DNA of 64,000 bases from Myxococcales bacterium (GTDB taxonomy: Bacteria; Myxococcota_A; Polyangia; Polyangiales; DASUME01), in assembly GCA_047601445.1 (NCBI GenBank), contig JASGJH010000001.1:6080001-6144000 (forward strand), read 5' to 3'. The position numbers were made by a program, and so were the translations under genes. This document shows positions 18,494 to 29,464 of the stretch, piece by piece; within the stretch, counting starts at the first letter, position 1, and every line of letters starts with the position of its first letter. The notes beneath the pieces were generated by a model. It saw nothing but the letters and a program-made list of their open reading frames with translations. It searched no databases and had not been told where the DNA came from.

Positions 18494-19645
18494 ATGCGAC
18501 GGGCGCTGTTTCTGTGCCTCGTCTCGATCCTTCTCTCGGTTTGGTCTTCGGCGTCCTCGGCGCAAGAACAGCCGGCCGCAGCTCCCGAGCAGCAGCCGGA
18601 AGGCCCCCAAGTCGGACCGGATATGGTTCGCCTGCGCACGGGAACCATGTGGCGGGGCACCATCGTCGAGCGCACGCCATCGCGGGTGGTCATGGTCACC
18701 TATAGCGGTGAGACCAAGCGTTTCGAGTCCTGGAACATCGACTTTGCGGGGCCTGCGCCCACGGCTTCCGAGCAGTGCGTGGCTGCTCCGAGTGTCCCCG
18801 GGCCCAGCGTGGAACCCACGCCTAGCCTGCCGGCACCCGCACCCGTCGCCCCGGCCCCCATGGCACCGACGGTTTCCCCCAGCAGCGTCCAGCTCCGGCT
18901 GACCCCGCTCGACGGCTACTCCATCTACCTCGACACTGGCGGCGGCCTCAGCCGCCCATGCGTCGGGCCCTGCGTGGCCAAGCTCGCCCCCGGCCTCTAC
19001 CGCACCGGCGTAGGCAAGGGTGGCCGCCCCACGGCTGCCCCCGGCACGCTCGAGATTCGGCAAGACGACGAGCTGCGCGGTTCGTTCCTCTCGCGGCGCA
19101 AGCAGCGCATCATCGGCGGCATCATCCTCGGACTCGGCGCGCCGCTCGGCGCGGGGCTGGTCGCGGCCGGCATCCACGTGAAGGACCTCAAGGTAAGCTG
19201 CGAGGTGGGCGGCGACTGCAACGTCACCAACAACAAGCTCGAGCCCTTCCTGATCACCACGGGTGTCCTGGTGGCCCTGGCGAGCGCCATCACGGGCGGC
19301 TACTTCGTGGCCCAGAAGGACCAAGCCTTCGTGCAGGCCCAAAAGGCGCGCGTGGTGTTCGACCAGAAAGACGCGCCAGGACCTGCTCCCTTCGAGGACA
19401 CCGATCCTGGCGCGCATCTCAGCGATTCTCAGTTGCTCGAGGCCAACCGCGAGGGCCTGGCGCGCTGCAACAACGGCTATCTGAGCAACGTCCACGTGCT
19501 CGTGCAGATCACGGCCGAGGGCAGCGTGAGCCAGGCTGCAGTGCAGAGTACCGATGCCTGGACCATCCGCTCCTGCATGGAGTCCGTGATCCAGAGTCTT
19601 CGCTTCCCCGCCGGCAAGCCGCGCAGCGTCGAGCACACGTACTGA
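18494..19645 (+). CDS. Hypothetical membrane protein with AgmX-like C-terminal domain
   Basis: Signal peptide, two TM helices, C-terminal ..SC.E..I..LRFP. Confidence 0.65.
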   Translation: MRRALFLCLVSILLSVWSSASSAQEQPAAAPEQQPEGPQVGPDMVRLRTGTMWRGTIVERTPSRVVMVTYSGETKRFESWNIDFAGPAPTASEQCVAAPSVPGPSVEPTPSLPAPAPVAPAPMAPTVSPSSVQLRLTPLDGYSIYLDTGGGLSRPCVGPCVAKLAPGLYRTGVGKGGRPTAAPGTLEIRQDDELRGSFLSRRKQRIIGGIILGLGAPLGAGLVAAGIHVKDLKVSCEVGGDCNVTNNKLEPFLITTGVLVALASAITGGYFVAQKDQAFVQAQKARVVFDQKDAPGPAPFEDTDPGAHLSDSQLLEANREGLARCNNGYLSNVHVLVQITAEGSVSQAAVQSTDAWTIRSCMESVIQSLRFPAGKPRSVEHTY

Positions 19646-19663
19646 GAGCGCTCCCGTGCAGGC

Positions 19664-20864
19664 TCAGGGCTTGCGGTAGTCGTAGGCCATGCTGAACACG
19701 GCGTCGCTCGGCAGGTTTCCCGAGCAGTCGTTGTGATTGATGAAGAAGGCCTTGGCGCCCACCGAGTAGGTGAGCCCGTTGATGCCGCACTTCTCGGCCG
19801 CGTAGGGCAGGGCCTGGCCGAGCTTCTTCCAGGTCTTGCCCTTGTCGGAGCTCGCTAGCAGGGAGTCCGCGCCCAGGGTCACCACGCGCCCGTCCGGCAG
19901 CTCCACGGGAGAGCTCCCATAGGACAGCGGCGCGGGGCCCTCTCCGGCCGTGCGCCAGGTGACGCCGCGATCGTTGCTGACGATCATGCCGCCGTCCGCC
20001 AGGCCCCAGTAGAACCGGCCGTCGTTCGCCCACAACGGCCTGCCCACCGGCACCTGGGTGGCCGTGCGCGTCCAACTTTCGCCGGCATTGTCGCTGCGCA
20101 GCACCCCGCAGGCGCCCATCGCGGGACCGCAGGACCCCACCAGGAAGGTCATCGAGTCGATCACCAAAGGGAGCGTGGAGAAGTTGGGGGCCACCGGCAG
20201 CTTCTTGCCGATGTCCGTGAAGGTCATGCCGCCGTCCTTGGAGAGCCAGAGCTGGTTGGCCACCTGGTGGGGACCCGCGAGCATGGTCTTGCGATCTGGA
20301 TCACTGAAGTCGACGCTGACGAGCTCGTTGTCGTCCGTGGCATCGAGGTGCTTGAAGGTGAGCCCGCCGTCGGTGGTCTTGAAGACGCCCTTGCCGTCGA
20401 TGCCGACCTCCCACCAGGAGATCGGGCTTGATCGGGTCGAAGACGATGGTCGTGGGCAGGTTGTCGATGGCGTCCGAGCCCTCGCCGGTGCCCAGGGCGC
20501 TCCAGGTCGCTCCGCTGTCCGCGCTCGCGAACAGGCCCTTGCCCGAGATGCCTGCCAGCACGCGCATCCCCGTGGGCTCCGCGATCACCATGGAGATGTC
20601 GCCCGTGGGGCCCGCGAGCGACCCGAGGTTGTTGGTCACGTTGACCCACGGGGCGTCCTGGGGGCCCGCATCGCCCTCGCCTGCATCGGACCGACCTGCG
20701 TCGGACGGGCCTGCGTCGGACGGGCCCGCGTCGCTGCCGCCGTCCCCGTCGCCTCCGAAGCAAAGACGGCCGGCATCCGTGACGCACTCGAACTCGAGCG
20801 TGCGGCAACCGGTCGATATCAACGAGAAAAGACCGAGGACCGAAAGCTGCACGCCGATCTTCAC
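19664..20864 (-). pseudogene. BNR/Asp-box lipoprotein, paralog of 17120-18244, frameshifted near 20420
   Basis: Removing one base near 20420 joins ..FDPIKPD to SWWEVGIDGKGVFKTTDGG..SVDFSDPDRKTML, collinear with the paralog. Confidence 0.75.
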
Positions 20865-21034
20865 GCGAACGTCTCCCACGGGTCGAGCAAGAGGTAAGGG
20901 GGACCCGACGCGACAAGTATACGGATCTTGCCCACAGAGGCTCCCGTGAGAGCACATCTATCTCGTAACATCGCGCGCACACGATTGTTTGCGCGCCCAC
21001 CGAGGGGGGATCTCGGTGGGGGCCCCGACCGACC

Positions 21035-24000
21035 TTACGGCTCGTAGTTCAGGTTCGGCGCCAGCCAGCGCTCCACCTCGGACCGCGTCATGCCCTTGCG
21101 CTCGTGGTAGTCCTCGACCTGATCGCGGTCGATCTTGCCGAGCGTGAAGTAGTGGGATTTGGGATGCGCGAAGTAGAGGCCGCTGACGCTCGCGCCAGGC
21201 CACATCGCGAAGGACTCGGTGAGCCTGATGCCGGTCTTCGCCTCGGCGTCGAGCAGTCGCCATAGTGTGCCCTTTTCCGTGTGGTCGGGGCAGGCCGGAT
21301 AGCCGGCGGCGGGACGGATACCGCGGTACTTCTCGCCGATGAGCTCCTCGGGGCTGAGCTTCTCGTCGCGGCCGTAGCCCCACTCGCGCCGCACCCGCTC
21401 GTGCAGGTACTCGGCGAAGGCCTCGGCCAGACGGTCGGCCAGGGCTTCTGCCATGATGGCGTTGTAGTCGTCGTGTTCGGCCTTGAAGCGCGCGGTCAGT
21501 TCCTGGCTGCCGATGCCCGCGGTGACCGCGAAGGCGCCCAAGTGATCCGGCAAGCCCGTCTCCTTGGGGGCGATGAAGTCGCTCAGTGAGCGACAGGGGC
21601 CGTCGTCCTTGTCGCGCTGCTGGCGCAGGAAACAGAAGCGCTCGCGCACGGTGTGGCGGCTGCCGTCCGTGTACACCTCGACGTCGTCGCCCACCGCGTT
21701 GGCCGGGAAAATGCCGTACACGGCCCGCGCGCGCAGCAGCTTCTCCGCGATGATGCGGTCGAGCAGCTTTTGAGCGTCCGCGTAGAGACTCTTGGCCTGC
21801 TCGCCGTAAATCTCGTTCTCGAAGATGCGCGGGTAGATGCCCTTGAGCTCCCAGGTGTGGAAGAACGGGCTCCAGTCGATGTACCTGCGCAACGTCTCGA
21901 GCGAAAAGTCCTCCAACACGTGCAGTCCGGTGTGCTCGGGTTGCGGGATATCGCCGGGGGCAAACGCGATCTCGGGCCTCCGTGTGCGCGCCTCCGCGAG
22001 GGACGGCAGCTTTCGGGCCGGCGCCGCATGGCGCTTGCGCAGCTGGTCGTACTCGGCCCTGTGCTGCTCGACGAACTTGCCCTTGTCGGTGCCGAGCAAG
22101 CTGGTGGTCACGGGCACGGCGCGACTCGCGTCCAGGACGTGGACCACGGGCTCGTGGTAGTTGGGTGCGATCTTCACGGCAGTGTGCGCGCGGCTCGTGG
22201 TCGCGCCGCCGATCAAGAGGGGCAGCTTCATGTCCAGGCGCTGCATCTCGCGCGCCACGTGCACCATCTCGTCGAGGGACGGCGTGATCAAGCCGCTGAG
22301 CCCGATGACGTCGGCCTTCACTTCCTTGGCTCGCTCGAGGATCTTCTCGCAGGGCACCATCACGCCCATGTCGATGACCTCGTAGTTATTGCAGGCGAGC
22401 ACCACGCCCACGATGTTCTTCCCGATGTCGTGGACGTCGCCCTTCACCGTGGCGAGCACGATCTTGCCCTGGGTCCGCACTTCTTGGCCGGCGGCGCTCG
22501 CCGCTTGCTTCTCCGCCTCCATGAACGGAGTCAGGTACGCCACCGACTTCTTCATCACGCGCGCGGACTTCACGACCTGCGGCAAGAACATCTTGCCCGC
22601 GCCGAACAGGTCGCCCACCACGCTCATGCCGTCCATCAGCGGACCCTCGATCACCGCCAGCGGCCTGCCGAACTTCTGCCGCGCCTCCTCGGTGTCTTCG
22701 TCGATGTGGGTATCGATGCCCTTGACCAGCGCATGGGCCAGCCGCGCTTCGACCGGGGCGTTGCGCCACTCGGCCTCCTTCGCTTCAGCGGCCTTGCTGC
22801 CGGCGCCCTGGGCCTTGAGCTGCTCGCCGTATTCGACCAGTCGCTCGGTGGCGTCGGGCCGACGGTTGAGCAGCACGTCTTCCACGAGCTCCTTGAGCTT
22901 GGGCTCGATCTCCTCGTAGACCTCGAGCATGCCCGCGTTCACGATGCCCATGTCCATGCCAGCGGAGATGGCGTGGAACAGGAACGCGGAGTGCATCGCC
23001 TCGCGCACCTTGTTGTTGCCGCGGAAGCTGAAGGAGATGTTCGAGACGCCGCCGCTGACCTTGGCGTGCGGGAGGTTCTGCTTGATCCAGCGCGTGGCCT
23101 CGATAAAGTCGACCGCGTAGTTGTTGTGTTCCTCCATGCCCGTCGCGACGGTGAGGATGTTCGGATCGAAGATGATGTCCTCGGGGGGGAACCCCACCTC
23201 GTCGACGAGGATGCTGTAGGCGCGCTGGCAGATCCGGATCTTGTCCTGGAAGCTGGCCGCCTGGCCCTGCTCGTCGAAGGCCATCACGACCGTGGCGGCG
23301 CCGTAGCGAAGGATGTGGCGCGCACGCTCGCGGAAGACGTCTTCGCCCTCCTTGAGGGAGATGGAGTTCACGATGCCCTTGCCCTGAAGGCACTTGAGGC
23401 CGGCCTCGATGACCTCCCACTTGGAGGAGTCGACCATGAGGGGAACCGCCGCCACCTCGGGTTCGCTCGCCAGTAGGAGCAAGAAGCGGGTCATGGCGGC
23501 GACGCCGTCGATCATGCCCTCGTCCATGCAGACGTCGATCACGTTGGCGCCGTTCTCGACCTGCTGGCGGGCGATGCTCACCGCGGCTTCGTAGTCGCCT
23601 TGCTTGATGAGGTTGGCGAACTTGGGCGATCCGGCGACGTTGGTGCGCTCGCCGATCATCATGTACACGCCCTGCTGCTGCGTGAAGGGCTGGGAGCCGG
23701 AGAGTCGGAGCGGCTCGAACTCACCGGACGACAGCTTCGCCGGCACGCTGACGAGCACCTCGCGGTCACGCTCGCCCGCCTCGGCCTGCGAGCTCGAAGC
23801 CGCATCGAGCGGGCGCGGAGCCTTGCCTTCCAGGGCCTTGGCGATGGCCGCGATGTGCTCGGGGGTGTTGCCGCAGCAGCCTCCAGCGATGTTGAGCGTT
23901 CCGGCGCTGGCGAACTCGTCGAGGAAGCGCGCCATGTCAGGCGGCTCCAGATCGAAGCCGGTGGGCGAGAGCGGGTTCGGCAGGCCCGCGTTGGGATAGG

Positions 24001-24877
24001 CCGACACGGCGGCCGTGGCCTTCTCGGAGAGCTCCGAGAGGAACGGGAACATCAGGTCCGGACCGAGCGAACAGTTGAGACCCACTGACAGCGGGTTCAC
24101 GTGCTTGACAGCGTTCCAGTAGGCCTCGATGGTTTGCGCGGAGATCATGGTCTCGCCGCCGCGTCCGACCGCCGCCGAGATCATGATGGGCAGGTGCTTC
24201 TTCTGCGCGCGCAGCACCTCCTGAACGGCGACCAGGGCTGCCTTGGCGTTGAGCGAGTCGAAGATGGTCTCGACCAACAAGAGATCGACGCCGCCCGCGA
24301 TGAGTGCCTCGACCTGCTGGGTGTACGCGAACTTCACCTGATCGAAGGTGCACACGCGGAAGCCCGGATCGTCGGCATCGGGGGAATTGCTGAGCGAGAC
24401 CGTCAACGGCCCGATGGCACCTGCCACGAAGCGCGGCTTGCCGTCGCGATTGGCCACGCGGTCGGCCCAGGTGCGGCACTGGCGCGCGGACTGCTCGTTG
24501 ATCTCCCAGGCCAGCTCGTTGAGGAACGGGGTCTCGATGATCTGCTGGTAAAAGGCGGGATCCTTGCGGCCGCCGTGCTCGCGCGGGTCGTCGACGAAGA
24601 ACTCACTCTGCGTGATGCCGGTGGCGCCGAAGGTGTTGGTCTCGATGATGTCCGCGCCGGCCTCGAGGAAGCGTCGGTGGATGTCGCAGATCATGTCCGG
24701 CTGCGTGAGCGAGAAGAGGTCGCCGTTGTTCAGCAGATCCTTCTTCGAGTCCTTGAAGCGCTCACGACGGATGTCGGCCTCGGTCATGTTGTAGGTACGG
24801 ATGGTCGTCCCCATCGCACCGTCGATGATGAGGATCCGTTCCCGCATTAGCTTCTTGATGGGATGTTCCAGCGACAT
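21035..24877 (-). CDS. metH: Cobalamin-dependent methionine synthase
   Basis: [38 protein letters not shown]; 1280 aa. Confidence 0.98.
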   Translation of the reverse strand: MSLEHPIKKLMRERILIIDGAMGTTIRTYNMTEADIRRERFKDSKKDLLNNGDLFSLTQPDMICDIHRRFLEAGADIIETNTFGATGITQSEFFVDDPREHGGRKDPAFYQQIIETPFLNELAWEINEQSARQCRTWADRVANRDGKPRFVAGAIGPLTVSLSNSPDADDPGFRVCTFDQVKFAYTQQVEALIAGGVDLLLVETIFDSLNAKAALVAVQEVLRAQKKHLPIMISAAVGRGGETMISAQTIEAYWNAVKHVNPLSVGLNCSLGPDLMFPFLSELSEKATAAVSAYPNAGLPNPLSPTGFDLEPPDMARFLDEFASAGTLNIAGGCCGNTPEHIAAIAKALEGKAPRPLDAASSSQAEAGERDREVLVSVPAKLSSGEFEPLRLSGSQPFTQQQGVYMMIGERTNVAGSPKFANLIKQGDYEAAVSIARQQVENGANVIDVCMDEGMIDGVAAMTRFLLLLASEPEVAAVPLMVDSSKWEVIEAGLKCLQGKGIVNSISLKEGEDVFRERARHILRYGAATVVMAFDEQGQAASFQDKIRICQRAYSILVDEVGFPPEDIIFDPNILTVATGMEEHNNYAVDFIEATRWIKQNLPHAKVSGGVSNISFSFRGNNKVREAMHSAFLFHAISAGMDMGIVNAGMLEVYEEIEPKLKELVEDVLLNRRPDATERLVEYGEQLKAQGAGSKAAEAKEAEWRNAPVEARLAHALVKGIDTHIDEDTEEARQKFGRPLAVIEGPLMDGMSVVGDLFGAGKMFLPQVVKSARVMKKSVAYLTPFMEAEKQAASAAGQEVRTQGKIVLATVKGDVHDIGKNIVGVVLACNNYEVIDMGVMVPCEKILERAKEVKADVIGLSGLITPSLDEMVHVAREMQRLDMKLPLLIGGATTSRAHTAVKIAPNYHEPVVHVLDASRAVPVTTSLLGTDKGKFVEQHRAEYDQLRKRHAAPARKLPSLAEARTRRPEIAFAPGDIPQPEHTGLHVLEDFSLETLRRYIDWSPFFHTWELKGIYPRIFENEIYGEQAKSLYADAQKLLDRIIAEKLLRARAVYGIFPANAVGDDVEVYTDGSRHTVRERFCFLRQQRDKDDGPCRSLSDFIAPKETGLPDHLGAFAVTAGIGSQELTARFKAEHDDYNAIMAEALADRLAEAFAEYLHERVRREWGYGRDEKLSPEELIGEKYRGIRPAAGYPACPDHTEKGTLWRLLDAEAKTGIRLTESFAMWPGASVSGLYFAHPKSHYFTLGKIDRDQVEDYHERKGMTRSEVERWLAPNLNYEP

Positions 24878-24880
24878 GGC

Positions 24881-26014
24881 TCACTTGTTCCCGCGGCGCG
24901 CGCCGCGGTGTCGAAGCGCACCCTCGGGTGCGCGAGCGGATGATGAACGGGCACCCTCGGGCGCGCGAGCGGATGATGAACGGGCACCCTCGGGCGCGCG
25001 AGCGGATGGTGAACGGGCACCCTCGGGTGCGCGAGCGGATGATGAACGGGCACCCTCGGGTGCGCGAGCGACAGACGAACGTTCCGCCGTGACGCGGGGC
25101 CTTTCGGCCTCGGCGAGCACGACGCGAAGATGGGGTTTACGTGCCTCTTTGCAGGCGATCTCGGCGCGCGACACAGCGAGGCCCGCGTCCTGGAGCAGGG
25201 CCCGCAGTTTGCGCGCGGAGAAGCCAGGGTGGAGCAGCCCGTAGGCGGCGCTGATCTCGTGCTCGTCGTGGCGGTCCAGGCACAGCAGCACCACCCGGCC
25301 CCCGGGACGCAGTACCCGCGCGCACTCCGAGAGCGCCCGCGCAGGATGTTCTGCATAGGTGAGCGTGTGAAAGAGCAGCACGTCGTCGAAGCTCTCGTCC
25401 GGGAACGGCAGCGCTTCCACGTCAGCGGCCTGAACCCGTGCATGGGCGTGGCCCGAGAGCCGATCGCCGGCAGCCTGGATGGCCCGCTCGTCGTTGTCGA
25501 TGCACGTCAGCGTGCGGCAATAGGGCGCGAGCACGCTGGCCACGGTGCCGTCTCCGCAGCCCACGTCGAGCACGTCGCCCAGGCGCAGCAGCGAGGCCGC
25601 GCCGAGCGCGAGCGACTGCCAGGTGCGGCCAGGAGAGTAGTCACGGTCGAGCTCGAGGATCGCCGACTCGGGCAGACCCTCGTGTCGCTCGGCGTCGAGC
25701 GCGGCCAGACGCTCGCGGTCCGCTTTCAACGTGCGATCCGAGGAGGTGGACACCTCCAGCAGGAGTCCGCGCACGGTCTCGGTCATGCCGTCGCGGGCCA
25801 GTCCGTAGAACGCCTGCGCGCCGTTGCGCCGATGCCTGAGGAGCCCCGCTTCACGTAGCCGGGCCAGGTGGGTGGAGACGCGCGATTGGGCCATGCCGGT
25901 GACCCGCACCAACTCCGAGACGCACAGCTCCCGCTCCGCCAGCAGCGCGCACAGCCGCAGCCGGTTTTCGTCTCCGAGCAGGCTCAGGGCCTCGGCGTAG
26001 TTGCCCAGTTCCAC
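24881..26014 (-). CDS. ArsR-HTH + SAM-methyltransferase regulator (SahR-like)
   Basis: ELCVSEL..QSRVSTHLARLREAG; VLDVGCGDG; directly upstream of metH; GTG start. Confidence 0.85.
   Translation of the reverse strand: MELGNYAEALSLLGDENRLRLCALLAERELCVSELVRVTGMAQSRVSTHLARLREAGLLRHRRNGAQAFYGLARDGMTETVRGLLLEVSTSSDRTLKADRERLAALDAERHEGLPESAILELDRDYSPGRTWQSLALGAASLLRLGDVLDVGCGDGTVASVLAPYCRTLTCIDNDERAIQAAGDRLSGHAHARVQAADVEALPFPDESFDDVLLFHTLTYAEHPARALSECARVLRPGGRVVLLCLDRHDEHEISAAYGLLHPGFSARKLRALLQDAGLAVSRAEIACKEARKPHLRVVLAEAERPRVTAERSSVARAPEGARSSSARAPEGARSPSARAPEGARSSSARAPEGARSSSARAPEGALRHRGARRGNK
24918..25070. repeat. 33-bp tandem repeat (~4.6 copies) of a REP-like palindrome inside the CDS
   Basis: GCACCCTCGGG(T/C)GCGCGAGCGGATG(A/G)TGAACGG at 24918, 24951, 24984, 25017 and 25050 (partial). 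Confidence 0.95.
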
Positions 26015-26021
26015 GAACGTC

Positions 26022-26070
26022 CATCCTACAATCTGAATGTGCGGATACGTCGTAAATCGGCGGCCGTCAA
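26022..26070 (-). promoter_or_regulatory. Putative sigma70 promoter and imperfect palindromic operator for the regulator-metH operon
   Basis: Minus strand TTGACG-N17-TATCCG, then CATTCAGATTGTAGGATG just before the start codon. Confidence 0.4.
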
Positions 26071-26519
26071 GCCGCGGGGCACCCTCCAGGACCCCTTTCA
26101 GCCCGGCGGCCGGATGTTCTCCCGCGGCGCTCGCCTTAGAGCCGACTGTTCTCTGCGTGTCTCGGCACCGCTGTCGCGCTCATGGCCGAGAGAAAAATCG
26201 TGCTTCGAGCGTGCGCGTTGGGCGTGAGCCGTTCGGGAGATCACCCGGCCCCTCGTCCCCCGGGTGTGGGTCCGCGGTCGAGCTCACCAAGCGCGCGCTC
26301 GGGCGTGCGAAACCAGAGCACAAACGACAGGTCGGGTGTCCCGCTGCTGCGCCGCTTGCGTCGCCATTCACGAGGTCGCGCAGCTCACCGCGAAGCTGGG
26401 GACGACGCCGCGAGGTGCCTCACCGCTCGCACGCTGCCAGCCCGTCGCCTCCGCGTGCCACGACGGAATGTGCGTCGTGGTGTGTGCGTAAGTCGGGCGC
26501 AACAGGGGGAGCGAATCAA

Positions 26520-27125
26520 ATGCGCACGAAGGGAGCAGCAGACGTTCGGAAGTGGAATTTGATCACCGTGGTGCCGATGGGCCTCGTGGTCTCGCTGGCC
26601 AGCGCTTGTGCCGGAGGCGGCGGTCAAACGGGCGCGTCGGACGGCGACCAGGAGGGGACCAAAGAGCCCTTCGTCCAGAAGAGCCAGACCCAGACGGACG
26701 ATGCCGCCGTGCCTACGCCACCAGAGTTCGATCCATGCGCAGACGACCCCTGCGAGCACGACGGAGTGTGCAGGGTCGACAACGATTTCTACGTATGCGC
26801 CTGCAGCAGCGGCTGGACCGGCGAGAACTGCGAGGAGCCTGCGCCTCCGCTCACCACCCTCGTGGTGGACCCGCCTGCATGCGAGCCCGCCTGCCAAAAC
26901 GGGGGCGAGTGCGTAGACGGCGCTTGCGTGTGTCCCGAGGGCTGCTCGGGCGTGGCCTGCGAGATCATCGATCCACCGAACGTCCAGCCTGACGATCCCT
27001 GTGCCAGCCAGCCCTGCTCGAACGGCGGCTTTTGCGTGGTCAGCGGCGAGTCCTTCAGCTGCGCCTGTCCCGAGGGCTTCAGTGGCCCAACCTGTGAGCT
27101 TGAGGAAGAGCCCTGCGAGGAGTGA
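26520..27125 (+). CDS. Lipoprotein with three EGF-like domains
   Basis: ASAC lipobox; three 6-Cys modules such as DPC...PC.NGG.C......C.C..GFSG..CE; start uncertain. Confidence 0.8.
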   Translation: MRTKGAADVRKWNLITVVPMGLVVSLASACAGGGGQTGASDGDQEGTKEPFVQKSQTQTDDAAVPTPPEFDPCADDPCEHDGVCRVDNDFYVCACSSGWTGENCEEPAPPLTTLVVDPPACEPACQNGGECVDGACVCPEGCSGVACEIIDPPNVQPDDPCASQPCSNGGFCVVSGESFSCACPEGFSGPTCELEEEPCEE

Positions 27126-27130
27126 GCCGT

Positions 27131-28021
27131 TCAGCGCTCGCCCGGCAGCAGGCCCTTCCAGAGTCCTCGCTGCACGCTGTCCGATAGCCACGCGCTCGCG
27201 TGGGCCAGCAGCTCGGTCCGTTCTGCGGCGCTCGCCGCTTGCTCGAGCACACCCAGGGCACTCTCGAGCGGGCGCGCCCGCAGCTCCTGTAGGAGCTTGG
27301 CCCGCAGGGTCGGCAGCGGCGTCGCGAGGATGCCCCGCGCGGCCGTGGAGATCAGCCAGTGGGTCTCCCGGTCGTGCGAAGGCGGGAGCGGCACCGCGGC
27401 GTCCTGGCTGCGCGCGAGCACGCTATCTCGCAGCGCGACCAGGGGCCAAGACTCGGATACCAGCGCCCAGTTGTCGGCGGGCACGAGTCGCGCCGAAGGG
27501 AGCAACCGCGCGTGCTCGTTCGTGAACGCGAAGCCCGCCTCGAGTGGTGCACGGATCACCTCGCGAAACGCTTGATCGATGCGCACGGCTTCGAGCAGGG
27601 CTCGGCTCGCCAGGCTGGTGCCACCGGGCAGTGGGACCTCGGCCTCGGTCAGCGCCCGCGCCATGAATCCATCGAAGCCGTCTCCGGCCGCGTGGATATC
27701 GAAGTGACGCGGCGGGTGCAGCGCGAGAAACCTTGCGGCGTAGTCGTTGAACGTCCACAGACCGAGCAGGTGCGCCGTGAGTGGATACTCGCGCTGCAGT
27801 ACGTCGAGCAGGCGAAACCAGTATTGTCGCTGGTAGGCCGCGATGCGCTCGCGGGCGCCGAGCTCGGGCCCGTCCGCCAGGGGTTCCACGCCGGCCAGCG
27901 GATAGTCCTCCGGATCCGCGCGCAACCTGCCCTCGCCGCGCTGCAGCGGGCGCCGCAGCACTTGGCTGAAGCGCGCTTGCAGCTCGGCCAACCAGCGCTG
28001 GGTTTCGGGTGCGCTCCTCAT
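27131..28021 (-). CDS. DUF2063 (HvfC/BufC-type) MNIO partner protein
   Basis: LAELQARF, ERIAAYQRQYWFRL..L..EYP..LLG..F; start overlaps MNIO stop. Confidence 0.85.
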   Translation of the reverse strand: MRSAPETQRWLAELQARFSQVLRRPLQRGEGRLRADPEDYPLAGVEPLADGPELGARERIAAYQRQYWFRLLDVLQREYPLTAHLLGLWTFNDYAARFLALHPPRHFDIHAAGDGFDGFMARALTEAEVPLPGGTSLASRALLEAVRIDQAFREVIRAPLEAGFAFTNEHARLLPSARLVPADNWALVSESWPLVALRDSVLARSQDAAVPLPPSHDRETHWLISTAARGILATPLPTLRAKLLQELRARPLESALGVLEQAASAAERTELLAHASAWLSDSVQRGLWKGLLPGER

Positions 28022-28851
28022 GCCCTCACCGTGCGCGCTTTCTCGAGCTCTTCCATCACCTCGGGCAGTGACGGGATGGCAGCATCCCATTCGAGCAAAG
28101 TCGGGAAGGGACCGTGGACTCGATAGGCATCGCGATAGAGCGACCACACGGCGTCGCTCACGGGGCGATCGTGGGTGTCGACGATGGTCCCGTCGGGCTC
28201 GCGCGAGTGGCCGGCCAAATGGACCTGGAGCACGCGATCGAAGTCGATGGCGTCGAGGTAAGTACGGGGATCGAAGCCGTGGTTGACGCTGGATACGTAG
28301 ATGTTGTTGATGTCCAACATGAAGTAGCAGCCCGATTCGCGCACGACCGCCGCGTAGAACTCCCACTCGCTCAAGCTGGATTCGCGAAAGCTCACGTAGC
28401 TCGAGAGGTTCTCCAACCCAAAGGGGCGGCCCAGCTGCGCCTGGACGCGCTGGGCCCGAGCGGCCGCGAACTCGACCAACTCGGGCACGTAGGGCGTAGG
28501 TAGGAGGTCGTGATGCGTGAGGCCATGGGCCCCGGTCCAACACAGGTGGTCCGAGACGAAGCGCGCGTCGACCTGGGCGGCCAGGCTCGTCAGGCGCCCC
28601 AGGTAATCGGGATCCAGCTCGGCGTGTCCGAGGAGATTGAGACCCACACCGTGCAACACCAGGGGATAGCGCGCCTGCACACGCTCGAGCTTCTGGCGGG
28701 GTAGGGCGGCATCGCCCATGAAGTTTTCGCTCAAAACCTCGAAGTAATCGACCGGCGGCCAGTGCTCGAACAGATGCGCATAGTGTGCTGCGCGCAGCCC
28801 GAGCCCGAGCGCGTCGCGCGGGAGCGTGGGGCGTGGCGTCGCCGAGGACAT
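28018..28851 (-). CDS. DUF692 multinuclear non-heme iron oxidative enzyme (MNIO)
   Basis: GLGLR..H, EVLSENF, HGV, SDHL, EN.SSY, LDINN, HLAGH, DTH, EWD. Confidence 0.93.
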   Translation of the reverse strand: MSSATPRPTLPRDALGLGLRAAHYAHLFEHWPPVDYFEVLSENFMGDAALPRQKLERVQARYPLVLHGVGLNLLGHAELDPDYLGRLTSLAAQVDARFVSDHLCWTGAHGLTHHDLLPTPYVPELVEFAAARAQRVQAQLGRPFGLENLSSYVSFRESSLSEWEFYAAVVRESGCYFMLDINNIYVSSVNHGFDPRTYLDAIDFDRVLQVHLAGHSREPDGTIVDTHDRPVSDAVWSLYRDAYRVHGPFPTLLEWDAAIPSLPEVMEELEKARTVRA

Positions 28852-28926
28852 CGACTTCACTGTCGCACGGCCGAGCTGTCGGTGCCCGCTGTTGATTTCC
28901 GCGCGTTTCACGTTCATTCTCGCGCC

Positions 28927-29385
28927 ATGACCGGTCGTTCCGATTTCGACACCATGCGTATTCCCGATATCCGCTCGAGCGCCCAGGGGCCCGCTTCGAC
29001 GACCCTCGAGACCGCTGCTCCCCGAGTGCCCGAGGCGCCCAGCGCGAGCGCACCGCTGCTGGCGGCGGCCATCGGTGGCCTCCTGTGTCTGACGGCCTGC
29101 GGGTCGGATGGGTCCAGCGGGTCGGCCGATACGGGCGACTCGGGCGAGCCGGAGGAAAGGGTCGTCACCCTCGAGCGCGTGGATCCCGACATGACCGAAC
29201 AGCGCTTCAAGGACGCCTGCGACGTCGCCATGGGAACCATGGAGACGCATCCGCACTGCGGCGGCATGAACTCGTGCAGGGGCTTCTCCTACGACCGCAC
29301 GACCCAGGTCTACAGCGAGCACACGTGCAAGCAGCTGAATAACTGCACGGGGTGGAGCTGCGTAGTGCCGGAGGAGAAGGGGTAG
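28927..29385 (+). CDS. Cys-rich lipoprotein, candidate MNIO precursor
   Basis: LTAC lipobox; HCGGMNSCRG and EHTCKQLNNCTG; divergent 75 bp from MNIO start. Confidence 0.7.
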   Translation: MTGRSDFDTMRIPDIRSSAQGPASTTLETAAPRVPEAPSASAPLLAAAIGGLLCLTACGSDGSSGSADTGDSGEPEERVVTLERVDPDMTEQRFKDACDVAMGTMETHPHCGGMNSCRGFSYDRTTQVYSEHTCKQLNNCTGWSCVVPEEKG

Positions 29386-29464
29386 AGCGGTCGCGGTTTT
29401 GCGACGGCGACGGCGACGTAGTCCTGGTCGATCCACATCGCCGCCGCCCCGAAGAGTAAGAAGA

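Noticed and set aside
24918..25070. CRISPR array
   Set aside because: Units are near-identical end to end with no unique spacers; no cas genes
26015..26500. SAM or cobalamin riboswitch upstream of the metH operon
   Set aside because: No recognisable consensus elements
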